This document shows, one piece after another, positions 18,918-27,415 of a stretch of DNA of 64,000 bases. Both the position numbers and the translations under genes were made by a program. This stretch comes from Thermoanaerobaculia bacterium. GTDB taxonomy: Bacteria > Acidobacteriota > Thermoanaerobaculia > UBA5066 > Gp7-AA6. The notes under the pieces are model-generated. The model worked only from the letters and a program-made list of their open reading frames with translations, did no database searches and was not told the DNA's origin. Each line of letters opens with the position of its first letter. Positions within the stretch are counted from its first letter, which is position 1. The stretch is from NCBI GenBank assembly GCA_038229875.1, contig JBBROA010000001.1, positions 65,955 through 129,954 of the forward strand. The letters run 5' to 3'.

Positions 18918-20039
18918 TCAAGCGCGCTTGCCGGCGGTCGCGGCCGGCGGAGCGACGTTCAGCCCGGATCCACGATTGATCAGCTCCTGAAGCTCGTCCG
19001 GGTTTGACGAGCGCGAGAGAGCGATCTCCAGAGTGATCAGCTTGCGGTGGAAGAGAGTCGCAAGCGACTGGTTGAACGTCTGCATTCCGAACTTCGACTG
19101 TCCGGTCTGCATCATCGAATAAACCTGGTGAATCTTGTCTTCGCGGATCAGGTTTCGGATCGCGGCGTTCGGGATGAGGATCTCCATGGCCATCGCGCGG
19201 CCCTTGCCGCTCGCGCGCTCCAGGAGCGACTGGCAGAGAATGCCCTCTAGCACGAACGAGAGTTGGGTCCGGATCTGGGTCTGCTGGTGCGCCGGGAAGA
19301 CGTCGATGATGCGGTTGATCGAGGACGTCGCGGAGTTCGTATGCAGGGTCGCGAGCGTCAGATGGCCCGTCTCCGCGATGCGAAGGGCCGACTCGATCGT
19401 TTCGAGGTCGCGCATTTCGCCGACCAGCACCACGTCGGGGTCTTCGCGGAGAACGGACTTCAGCGCGTTCGGGAAGGAATGCGTGTCGGCGTGCAGCTCG
19501 CGCTGGTTGACGATGCACTTCTTGTGCGAGTGCAGGAATTCGATCGGGTCTTCGATCGTGACGATGTGGAGCTGCTTCTCGCGGTTGATCCGGTCGAGCA
19601 TCGCGGCGAGAGTCGTCGTCTTTCCGGAGCCCGTCGGGCCCGTGACGAGGATCAGCCCGCGCGGCTTGTCGCACAGGAGCTCGACGACCGGAGGAAGGCC
19701 GAGCTCGCGGAACCCCAGGATCTCGTAAGGAATCTGCCGGTAGACGCCGCCGACCGCGCCGCGCTGAAAGAAGTTGTTCGCGCGAAAGCGGGCGAGACCC
19801 TTGACGCCGAAAGAGAAGTCGAGCTCGAGGTTTTCCTCGAAACGGTGCTTCTGGGTGTCGGTTAAGACCGAGTACGCGAGCTGCTTGGTCTCGGCGACCG
19901 TCAGCGGCGGATACGGGAGGGGGATCAGGCGGCCGTCGAGGCGCACCATTGGCGGAGAATTTGTCGTGAGGTGGAGATCGGACGCCCCCATCTCGACCAT
20001 CTGCTTCAAGAGCTGGTGCAGTGTGGTATCGCCGGCCAA
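18918..20039 (-). CDS. pilT: Twitching-motility retraction ATPase
   Basis: ..LILVTGPTGSGKTTTLAAM.., ..HLTLATLHTNSATSSINRIID.. 373 aa with no N-terminal GspE-N domain. Confidence 0.9.
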   Translation of the reverse strand: MAGDTTLHQLLKQMVEMGASDLHLTTNSPPMVRLDGRLIPLPYPPLTVAETKQLAYSVLTDTQKHRFEENLELDFSFGVKGLARFRANNFFQRGAVGGVYRQIPYEILGFRELGLPPVVELLCDKPRGLILVTGPTGSGKTTTLAAMLDRINREKQLHIVTIEDPIEFLHSHKKCIVNQRELHADTHSFPNALKSVLREDPDVVLVGEMRDLETIESALRIAETGHLTLATLHTNSATSSINRIIDVFPAHQQTQIRTQLSFVLEGILCQSLLERASGKGRAMAMEILIPNAAIRNLIREDKIHQVYSMMQTGQSKFGMQTFNQSLATLFHRKLITLEIALSRSSNPDELQELINRGSGLNVAPPAATAGKRA

Positions 20040-20227
20040 GTTGCCTCCACCGAAAGTTTTCGACGTTGAGAGTGTCTTCCTAGTGTAAACCGAAAGAGGC
20101 GGGCGGCCAAGCTCGAAGTGTTTAGATTGTGAACGTTAGCCCGGCGGGGCGGCCGAAACGAGCCGCGCGGAGCGGGAGGCCGGGGGCGGGACCGGCCGGA
20201 AACGAGCTGTTTTGGTGGGACTTCCCT

Positions 20228-22060
20228 CTAGAGGACGGTCTCCCGGAGGACCTCTTCCAGTGTCGTCATGCCGTCGCGGATCTTCTGGAGCCCGGCCATC
20301 CGGAGGCTCACCATCCCCTCCTCGATCGCCTTGCGCTTCAATTCGATCGACGAGGCTCCGGAGAGAATCATGTCGCGGATCTCGTCCGTGAAGCTCAGGA
20401 CCTCGTAGAGTCCCGATCGCCCCTTGTACCCGCCGTTGTTGCAGCGCTCGCAGCCACGGCCCCGCTTGATCTTGAGGTTTTTCACCTCGTCGGGGGCAAA
20501 GCCCACCTGAATCAACATCTGCGGCGGCGTCTCGACCTCTTCGACGCAGTTCGTGCAGATGCGCCGCACGAGCCGCTGGGCGCAGATGGAGTTGATCGAC
20601 GTGGCGACCAAGAACGGCTCGATCCCCATGTTCATCAGGCGGTTGATGGTGGACGGGGCATCGTTCGTGTGGAGAGTCGAGAGCACGAGGTGCCCCGTCA
20701 GCGCGGCTTTGACCGCGATCTCGGCCGTTTCGAAGTCCCGGATCTCGCCAACCAGGATGATGTCCGGGTCCTGGCGCAGGAAGGAGCGCAGCGCGGACGC
20801 GAACGTCAGGCCGATCTGCTCCTTCATCTGCACCTGGTTGATGCCGGCGAGGTTGAATTCGATCGGGTCCTCGGCGGTCATGATGTTGACGGTCGGGTCG
20901 TTCAACGCGGCGATCGCGGAGTAGAGCGTGTTGGTCTTCCCGGACCCCGTCGGACCCGTGACGAGGACGATCCCGTAGGGGCGGTCGATCGCGTCCTTGA
21001 ACCGGCGCAGCGGCTCCGGGTCGAAGCCGAGCATCGTCATGTCGAGCTGCAGCTTCGTTTTGTCGAGCAGCCGCATGACGACTTTTTCGCCGAACTGCGC
21101 GGGGACCGTCGAAACGCGCAGGTCGAGGTCGCGGGAGCGCTCCTCGACGCGGAGGCGGATCTTGATTCGGCCGTCCTGCGGCAGCCGCTTCTCCGAGATG
21201 TCGAGCTTCGCCATGATCTTCAGGCGCGAGATGAGCGGGTCGCGCGTGCGCATCGGGAGCGCCATGATGTTGTGAAGGACGCCGTCGACGCGGAACCGCA
21301 CGCGGAATTCCTTCTCGTACGGCTCGACGTGGATGTCGGAGGCGCCCGCTTTCAGGGCTTCGATCAGGATCAGGTTGGACACCTTGATGATTGGCGCGGA
21401 CTCGGTCGACTTTGCGAGGTCGCTGAGGTCGATCTCCTGACCCTCGTCCTTGACCACGTCGACGTCGGCGCCCTCGTCGAGGCCCGTGATCTCGTCCATG
21501 TTGATCTCGCCGAGGCCGACTCCGGCCATGTCGTCGGCGGTCAATGCGGAGGTCTGCATGACATCGTCGAGATTTCCGCCAGTGGAGAACGCGCTCGAGC
21601 TCGGCTTGGCCTTTTCCTTCAGCACGACCGAACGCGGGGTGCCGTAGTGCTTCTCGATCGCCTTTCGGAGGGCGACCTCGGACGCGACGACGGGCTCGAC
21701 GTTGTACCCCGTCATGAACTTGATGTCGTCCATGGCGAACACGTTCGTCGGGTCGCCCATCGCGATCGTCAGAGTCGCGCCAGTCTTGTTGACGGGCAGG
21801 ACGCCGTACTTGCGCGCGACCTCGGCCGGAACGACCTTGATGACGTTCGGGTCGATCTCGAAGCTCGCGAGATCGATAGAAGGAACGCCGAACTGCTGAG
21901 ACAGGGTCTCGGTGATCTGCGTTTCGGTGACCGCGCCCACGCGCACGAGCGCTTCGCCGAGCTTGCCGCCCTCTTCCCTCTGGGACTTGAGCGCGGCTTC
22001 CAGCTGCTCCGCAGAGATCAGCTTCGCTTTGAGGAGGAGATCCCCGAGTTTGACTGCCAT
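20228..22060 (-). CDS. pilB: Type IV pilus assembly ATPase
   Basis: N-terminal MshEN/GspE-N repeats (LGDLLLKAKLISAEQLEAAL..), Walker A LVTGPTGSGKTNTL, tetracysteine CTNC..CERC. Confidence 0.9.
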   Translation of the reverse strand: MAVKLGDLLLKAKLISAEQLEAALKSQREEGGKLGEALVRVGAVTETQITETLSQQFGVPSIDLASFEIDPNVIKVVPAEVARKYGVLPVNKTGATLTIAMGDPTNVFAMDDIKFMTGYNVEPVVASEVALRKAIEKHYGTPRSVVLKEKAKPSSSAFSTGGNLDDVMQTSALTADDMAGVGLGEINMDEITGLDEGADVDVVKDEGQEIDLSDLAKSTESAPIIKVSNLILIEALKAGASDIHVEPYEKEFRVRFRVDGVLHNIMALPMRTRDPLISRLKIMAKLDISEKRLPQDGRIKIRLRVEERSRDLDLRVSTVPAQFGEKVVMRLLDKTKLQLDMTMLGFDPEPLRRFKDAIDRPYGIVLVTGPTGSGKTNTLYSAIAALNDPTVNIMTAEDPIEFNLAGINQVQMKEQIGLTFASALRSFLRQDPDIILVGEIRDFETAEIAVKAALTGHLVLSTLHTNDAPSTINRLMNMGIEPFLVATSINSICAQRLVRRICTNCVEEVETPPQMLIQVGFAPDEVKNLKIKRGRGCERCNNGGYKGRSGLYEVLSFTDEIRDMILSGASSIELKRKAIEEGMVSLRMAGLQKIRDGMTTLEEVLRETVL

Positions 22061-22185
22061 GTGGTGAACCCGACGATCGTAAGTCCTTCAGCGTCAGGAG
22101 TCAAAGAGAGTTCTCCGACGCCGCTTGCCGTTTCCGGATTTTTTCGGGCGCGAATCCGGATCGAAAAACGCTCGCGAGCGCTCTC

Positions 22186-22890
22186 TTACCTTTCGATCGC
22201 GCGCAGCCGGCCGATCAGCGTCCCGACCTTCAGCTTCGAGCGGATCTGGACGGGGATACGGCGCTCGTCGTCGGTCAGCCACAGCACCAGGTTCTTCCCT
22301 TTCCCGATCAGGCTTCCGCCGGAGCTCTTCGGCTCGACGCGGATCGTGGAGAAGGTCCCGGCCGGGGTGACGAGGCGCTCGCGCCCCTGCACCTCGACCT
22401 TCAGCACGTGAGTCTCTCCCGAAAAGACCTGGAGCTCGGCCGGCGTTTCCTTATCCAGGGAAAGCGTCCGGAGAAAATAAACCGATGAGAGCGTATCGAG
22501 GGTCGCGTCCTTCAACGGGATCGACTTGCCCTCGTGGCGCGCCACGCCGGCCTCGTAGTCGAACTCCGTGAGCTCGTCGCGCACGCGCTTGCCCTCGACC
22601 GTGTGCTTCTCGAATCGCATCGAGCGAAAGGCCCGGGGGTCTACCCAGGAGACCATGTAGTCGCGCACGAGGAACAGCTTCGAGAGGAAATCGTTCGATA
22701 CGGCGGAGAGCTCGAACTTCCACGCCGGGCGGCCGCCGAGCTCGGTTGCCTGCGCGGAGAGCGTCAGCTCGCCGCCGGCGACTCCCAGGATCGTCATCGC
22801 GTACCGGAGCGTCTCGCCGATGAAGGCCGGGGGCGGAGTCTTCTCCTGAGCAAAGGCAGGGGCGCGCGTCGCGAGGAGGAGCGCGCACAC
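22186..22890 (-). CDS. DUF3108 domain protein
   Basis: ..LRYAMTILGVAGGELTLSA.. and ..LVLWLTDDERRIPVQIRSKLKVGTLIG.. are typical of DUF3108. The signal peptide looks truncated at GTG 22890, so the real start may be further upstream (CTG 22926?). Confidence 0.7.
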   Translation of the reverse strand: MCALLLATRAPAFAQEKTPPPAFIGETLRYAMTILGVAGGELTLSAQATELGGRPAWKFELSAVSNDFLSKLFLVRDYMVSWVDPRAFRSMRFEKHTVEGKRVRDELTEFDYEAGVARHEGKSIPLKDATLDTLSSVYFLRTLSLDKETPAELQVFSGETHVLKVEVQGRERLVTPAGTFSTIRVEPKSSGGSLIGKGKNLVLWLTDDERRIPVQIRSKLKVGTLIGRLRAIER

Positions 22891-22956
22891 CAGGATTCGA
22901 TACCGCTTGAGTGCCTGAAAAGCCAGCCGAACCGCCTCTGTTCCGTCAGGGTGCCG

Positions 22957-23973
22957 TCAGCGTGTCGGGCACCGGGCCGCGCTCATCGCCATCGTCACGA
23001 CGGCATCGATCTCGGACGCCTGATCGTAGCTCAACCACGCGCCGCCATAGGGCCGATTCCGGGCCGGGATGTTGCGCCGCGACGAGGGGGAGAAGAGCGC
23101 GAGGGTCGGCGTCCCGAGCGCGTCCGCGAGGTGCACCGGCCCGGTGTCGCCTCCCACGAAGAGAGCGGCGCGGGCGGCCACGTGCGCGAGCCCGGCGAAG
23201 TCGAGCGGCGGCAATCGGGCGGCCTGCGGAAGCAGGCTCGCGAGCCGGCCGGCGCGGACCTCGTCGCCGGGCCCCCAGGAAATGACGGGAGAAATGCCGG
23301 CGCGGTCGAGGAGCCGGCGCGCGAGGCCGGCATACTCCTCCTCGCCCCAGGATTTCTCCGCCCGGCTCGCGCCCGGATGAATGAGCGCGAAGGGAGAGGG
23401 AAGAGACGAGACGAACCGGTCCGCCTCTTCCCGCGGGACCGCGAGCAGGTAGCGCGCGTCGGGCGCGCGTGCCGCGACCGGGATTCCGAGCGGCGCGAGC
23501 AGCGAGAGATTCTGGTCCACGACGTGCTCTACGGCCGGATCGAGCGAGACCGGACGATCGACGAGGATGGAGGACGTCCTCTCCCGGCGATCGCCTGCGG
23601 CGAGGCTCACGATCGGGGCGCCGGCGAGGCGCGCCACGAGCGCCGACTTCCAGAGCCCCTGCGCGTCCACGACCGATTCCGCCGAAAATCCCCGCAGCGC
23701 GGCGCGAAGCCGCCGGATCTCCGTGCGGCTCTGAACGGAGAGGGGAGCGCGCCGCCACTTCTTCGTTTCAGCGGGGAAGACCGCCGAGATTCCGGGGTGC
23801 GGTTCGAGGAGTCCGGCGTAGGCGCGCTCGACGACCCATCCGACCGAGACGCCCGCCCGATGCGCGTTCTCGGCGAGCGGCAACGCGTGGATGATGTCTC
23901 CGAGGGCGGAGAGCCGGACGATCAGGATTCGGCGGGGCGGCGGCGGGGAGTCGGGCGTCGGGGAATCGGGCAT
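22957..23973 (-). CDS. waaC: ADP-heptose:LPS heptosyltransferase I (GT9)
   Basis: RILIVRLSALGDIIHALP.., ..VGWVVERAYAGLL.., ..SVVDAQGLWKSALVARLAG.. parallel E. coli WaaC motifs. Start at ATG 23973 (MPDSPTP..). Confidence 0.75.
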   Translation of the reverse strand: MPDSPTPDSPPPPRRILIVRLSALGDIIHALPLAENAHRAGVSVGWVVERAYAGLLEPHPGISAVFPAETKKWRRAPLSVQSRTEIRRLRAALRGFSAESVVDAQGLWKSALVARLAGAPIVSLAAGDRRERTSSILVDRPVSLDPAVEHVVDQNLSLLAPLGIPVAARAPDARYLLAVPREEADRFVSSLPSPFALIHPGASRAEKSWGEEEYAGLARRLLDRAGISPVISWGPGDEVRAGRLASLLPQAARLPPLDFAGLAHVAARAALFVGGDTGPVHLADALGTPTLALFSPSSRRNIPARNRPYGGAWLSYDQASEIDAVVTMAMSAARCPTR

Positions 23974-24065
23974 CGGGGCGCGGGAGCCGAGCGATCGACG
24001 GGAGCGAGACGACGGCGGTACTCCGCGGCCAACCAGAATCGCGAACCGGGAATCGACGGGACCCG

Positions 24066-24599
24066 TCACGAGTCCTCGGCCGCGCGGATCCGATCGAGCA
24101 GAGCTGTCGTCGCGTGGTCCTTCGGATCGCCGACGACGACCGTCCTTCCCCCGTACGCGGCGACCACCTGCCGCTCGGGCACCGTTTCCGGCGTGTAGTC
24201 GGTCCCCTTCGCGTGAACTTCGGGACGAAGCGCCGCTATCAGGTCCGCTGGCGAGTCCTCGTCGAAGAGGATGACGGCGTCGACGGAACGGAGCGCGGCG
24301 ACGATTTCCGTGCGCTCGTTCTCGGGGACGATCGGCCGTCCCGCGCCTTTTGTCCGGCGCACGGACGCATCCGAGTTGACGGCGACGACGAGCACGTCGC
24401 CTTCTTCCCGAGCCCCCTGCAGGTAGCGCACGTGTCCCGCGTGCAGGAGGTCGAAGGCGCCGTTTGCGAACACGATCCGCCGGCCCGCTTTCCGATGCGC
24501 GTCGATGCGCGCGGAAAGTTCCTCGCGGGACAGAATCGGAGCGGAGACGATTCGGGACGGCCCCGAATCGATTCCCAGTTCCGGATTCCAACTTTTCAT
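24066..24599 (-). CDS. hldC: D-glycero-beta-D-manno-heptose-1-phosphate adenylyltransferase (RfaE domain II)
   Basis: ..[36 protein letters not shown].. cytidylyltransferase HxGH fold. Confidence 0.85.
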   Translation of the reverse strand: MKSWNPELGIDSGPSRIVSAPILSREELSARIDAHRKAGRRIVFANGAFDLLHAGHVRYLQGAREEGDVLVVAVNSDASVRRTKGAGRPIVPENERTEIVAALRSVDAVILFDEDSPADLIAALRPEVHAKGTDYTPETVPERQVVAAYGGRTVVVGDPKDHATTALLDRIRAAEDS

Positions 24600-24601
24600 T
24601 T

Positions 24602-24655
24602 AGTGGACCGCGGAGTACCGCGACCGTCTCGCTTCCGCCGGTCGCTCGGCTCCCG
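24602..24655 (+). repeat. 54-bp dispersed intergenic repeat, copy B
   Basis: AGTGGACCGCGGAGTACCGCGACCGTCTCGCTTCCGCCGGTCGCTCGGCTCCCG fills most of the hldA-hldC spacer. Confidence 0.85.
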
Positions 24656-24667
24656 CGTCTCCGTCCG

Positions 24668-25696
24668 TCATCCGAGGATCTCCCGGTCGCTCGCCATCGC
24701 CCGCGAGATCTCCTCCCGCGTCACGGTCGCGGTTCCCATCTTCATCACAACCACGCCTCCGGCAAAATTCGCGAGCACGGCCGCCTCGAGCGGCGTCGCG
24801 CCTGCCGCGAGCGCCAGCGAGAAGGTCGCGAGGACCGTGTCGCCCGCGCCGGTGACGTCCGCGACCTGGTCGGTCCCGTGAACCGGAATGATCGAAGGAG
24901 ACGCGTCACCCGCAAAGAGCGCCATCCCGCGCGAGCCGCGCGTCACGAGAATCGTCCGGCACGCGATCGTCCGCCGCAGCGCCGCGCCCGCCCGCGCCAG
25001 GGTCTCCGCGGAATCCCCGAGCTCGAACCCGACGCATTCTTCGATCTCCTCCTCGTTCGGGGTGACGGCATCCACGTCCGAGTACTGCGAGAGGGCGTGC
25101 CGTGAGTCGACCAGGATCGGTGCGCCCGCCGCGAGCGCGGCTCGCAGGACGCCGACCGCCGCGGGCGAGATCGCCCCGTAGCCGTAGTCGGAAAGGATCG
25201 CCGCATCGGCCGTTGCGGCGAGAGCCGGAAGGCGGTCGAGGAGAGCCCGGGTTGCCGGCGAGCCCGGTGGGAGAAATCCTTCGCGGTCGTAGCGGACGAT
25301 CTGCTGCTTGATCGCATGCGGGGCGCCGCCGAGGATCCTCGTCTTGGTAGGAGTCGTGTAACCGGCGGCCTCGAGGAGGCCCGCGGTGTCGATGCCGCGG
25401 TCTTCGAGGATCCGCTTGAGTGTCCGTCCCTCCTCGTCCTCTCCCACCACCCCAACGGGGACAGGCACTCCGCCGAGAGCGCGCACATTCGCCGCGGTGT
25501 TGCCGGCGCCGCCCGGCAGGTTCTCCTCTTTCGAGAAACGCAGGATGAGCACGGGGGCTTCGCGGCTGACCCGCTTCGGATGACCGTAGACGAAGCGGTC
25601 GAGGACGTAGTCTCCGGCGACCGCGAGGCGCCGTCCGGAGAATCCGGCGAGCACGCTCTCCAACCGCTCGCGGGACACGCGCGGAGTCACCGCCAC
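24668..25696 (-). CDS. hldA: D-glycero-beta-D-manno-heptose-7-phosphate kinase (RfaE domain I, PfkB family)
   Basis: ..LAVAGDYVLDRFVYG.., ..GGAGNTAANV.., ..DVTGAGDTVLA.. Confidence 0.85.
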   Translation of the reverse strand: MAVTPRVSRERLESVLAGFSGRRLAVAGDYVLDRFVYGHPKRVSREAPVLILRFSKEENLPGGAGNTAANVRALGGVPVPVGVVGEDEEGRTLKRILEDRGIDTAGLLEAAGYTTPTKTRILGGAPHAIKQQIVRYDREGFLPPGSPATRALLDRLPALAATADAAILSDYGYGAISPAAVGVLRAALAAGAPILVDSRHALSQYSDVDAVTPNEEEIEECVGFELGDSAETLARAGAALRRTIACRTILVTRGSRGMALFAGDASPSIIPVHGTDQVADVTGAGDTVLATFSLALAAGATPLEAAVLANFAGGVVVMKMGTATVTREEISRAMASDREILG

Positions 25697-25733
25697 GGCC
25701 GCTCGATTCGCAAAGTCTTCAATTCGCTAGGAT

Positions 25734-25757
25734 TATAATTACCGCGGTTCCAGGAGG
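25734..25757 (+). promoter_or_regulatory. Possible -10 box (TATAAT 25734-25739) and Shine-Dalgarno (AGGAGG 25752-25757) for the HNH gene
   Basis: This is the only AT-rich patch in the 64-bp divergent spacer. I could not find a convincing -35 element at 17 +/- 1 bp. Confidence 0.3.
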
Positions 25758-25760
25758 CCC

Positions 25761-26342
25761 ATGCTCGACTCTCAGGTGCTGGTCTTGAATCGCGTTTTCC
25801 AGGCGGTGCAGGTCACCACCGTCCGGAAAGCGTTCTCCCTCTTCTACAAGGGGCACGTGCGCGCGGTGCTGCCGGATTACAGCACCTGGGAATTCCACAA
25901 CTGGTGCGACGTCCCCGTGCAGCCGCACGACGAGGTCGTCCTGACTCCCTCCTCGAGGATCCGGGTGCCGCGCGTCGTCGCGCTCAAGGATTTCGACCGG
26001 CTGCCGCGACAGGACGTGAAGTTTTCCCGCCACAACATCTACCTCCGCGACGGGAGCCGCTGCCAGTACTGCGGCCACAAGTTTCCTTCCGCGGAGCTCT
26101 CTCTCGATCACGTCGTTCCCCTCTCGCGCGGCGGGATGTCGAGCTGGGAGAACGTCGTCTGCGCCTGCCTCGCCTGCAACGTCCGGAAGGGAAACCGCAC
26201 GCCGCACGAGGCCGGTATCAAGCTGATCCAGACGCCGCGCAAGCCCCGGTGGCACCCGGTCGGCCACTTCGGCGCGAGCAAGTTCCATCCCGCGTGGAGG
26301 AACTTTCTGGATGTGGCTTACTGGAACATGGAGCTGAAGTAG
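25761..26342 (+). CDS. HNH endonuclease family protein
   Basis: ..CQYCGHKFPSAELSLDHVVPLSRGG..WENVVCACLACNVRKGN.. Confidence 0.85.
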   Translation: MLDSQVLVLNRVFQAVQVTTVRKAFSLFYKGHVRAVLPDYSTWEFHNWCDVPVQPHDEVVLTPSSRIRVPRVVALKDFDRLPRQDVKFSRHNIYLRDGSRCQYCGHKFPSAELSLDHVVPLSRGGMSSWENVVCACLACNVRKGNRTPHEAGIKLIQTPRKPRWHPVGHFGASKFHPAWRNFLDVAYWNMELK

Positions 26343-26348
26343 CTCTCG

Positions 26349-26380
26349 GCGAGGCCGTGAGGCGTGAGAGGTAAGGTACG
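26349..26380 (+). repeat. Period-7 purine-rich tract after the HNH stop
   Basis: GGCGAGG CCGTGAG GCGTGAG AGGTAAG GTAC. Confidence 0.5.
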
Positions 26381-26408
26381 AAAAGAAATTCGGAGACCCC
26401 GGGGTTCA

Positions 26409-26448
26409 CCCCTAACCCCTAACCCCTAACCCCTAACCCCTAACCCCT
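26409..26448. repeat. (CCCCTAA)x5 + CCCCT perfect heptanucleotide tandem repeat
   Basis: Read directly. The G-rich strand (TTAGGGG)n is the waaF sense strand, and the waaF stop TAG (26426-28) lies inside the third unit. Confidence 0.95.
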
Positions 26449-27415
26449 CCACGGCGCGGAGCACCGTTTCGGGAGGGATCAGCCGCAGGCACTCGTGCGC
26501 ATACGGACACTCCTTCAGGAAACAGGGCGAGCAAAAGACGTAGCGGTCGAGCACGCGGGAGGGAGAGCCCGTCGGTCCGGTGCGTCCCGGATCCGTCGGT
26601 CCGAAGAGGGCGACGACCGGAGTTCCGACGGCGGCCGCAAGGTGCATCGGCCCGGAATCGTTCGCGACGGCGACTCGAGCGCGGGCGAGAAGCGCCGCGA
26701 GCGCGAGAGGATCGAGGTCCGCGCCGAGCACCGGTACGGCGAATCCCGCGGCAAGGACCGCTTCCGCGGCAATCGCCTCTTCTCCCGGCCCGATCACGAT
26801 TCCTGAGGCGGCGCCCGAATCGCGCAGGAGGGCGGCGAGGCGTCCCCAGTGGGCGGGCGGCCATCTCTTGGTCCAGGAGAACGCGGCGCCCGGCGCCATC
26901 AGGACGGCGCCCTCGCGCGGCAGACCGGCGGCGGAAAGCGCCGCGTCCGCGAGAGTGACGGCAGCTTCCGGCAGGGGAAGCCGGGGCGCGGAGAAATCGG
27001 GAGCGATCCCGGCGGCCTCGAGGAGCGAGTCGTAATCCCGCAGCTGGTGCGACGTCCCGGGCGGCGGCGCGAGCGCGCGCGTCAACAGTGCGCCGCGCGC
27101 GTCGGTCGCAAACCCGATCCTGTCCGGAATCGCGGCGAGAAAGGGCGCGAGCGCGGACCGGAAGGAATTCGGGAGAAGCCAGGCCGAAGCGAGCCGCCGC
27201 CGCCGCAGGGCAACCGCGTCCGCGAGGACGCTCGAACGTCGCTCGAGCACCTCCACCCCCGTCAGGGCGCCGAGAATCGCACCCGGGCCGCGCCTCGCGA
27301 GAGCGGTGACGCGCCCGCCGGGCTGCGCGGCCTGGAGCGCGCGCACGAACGGGATCGCCATCACCGCGTCGCCGAGCCAGTTCGGCGCGACGATCAGGAC
27401 GGACCCCGGAGTCAT
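26426..27415 (-). CDS. waaF: ADP-heptose:LPS heptosyltransferase II (GT9)
   Basis: VLIVAPNWLGDAVMAIPF.., ..LLPNSFRSALAPFLAAIPDRIGF.. (compare E. coli WaaF LPNSFKSALVPFFAGIPHRTGW), ..VANDSGPMHLAAAVGTP.. Start ATG 27415 overlaps the upstream stop. The last 6 codons (EGLGVRG*) lie in the CCCCTAA repeat. Confidence 0.85.
   Translation of the reverse strand: MTPGSVLIVAPNWLGDAVMAIPFVRALQAAQPGGRVTALARRGPGAILGALTGVEVLERRSSVLADAVALRRRRLASAWLLPNSFRSALAPFLAAIPDRIGFATDARGALLTRALAPPPGTSHQLRDYDSLLEAAGIAPDFSAPRLPLPEAAVTLADAALSAAGLPREGAVLMAPGAAFSWTKRWPPAHWGRLAALLRDSGAASGIVIGPGEEAIAAEAVLAAGFAVPVLGADLDPLALAALLARARVAVANDSGPMHLAAAVGTPVVALFGPTDPGRTGPTGSPSRVLDRYVFCSPCFLKECPYAHECLRLIPPETVLRAVEGLGVRG

Noticed and set aside
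22134-22180. CCGGATT/AATCCGG hairpin and the CGCTCGCGAGCG palindrome plus T-run between DUF3108 and pilB, as terminators.
   Set aside because: The stems are short (4-7 bp). The first has no following U-tract on the transcribed strand, and the second would need a 2-4-nt loop. This is too weak to call.
26409-26448. TTAGGGG/CCCCTAA telomere-like repeat as a possible replicon end or eukaryotic contamination.
   Set aside because: The repeat is internal, only 40 bp long, flanked on both sides by ordinary bacterial genes, and belongs to a local family of heptamer tracts.
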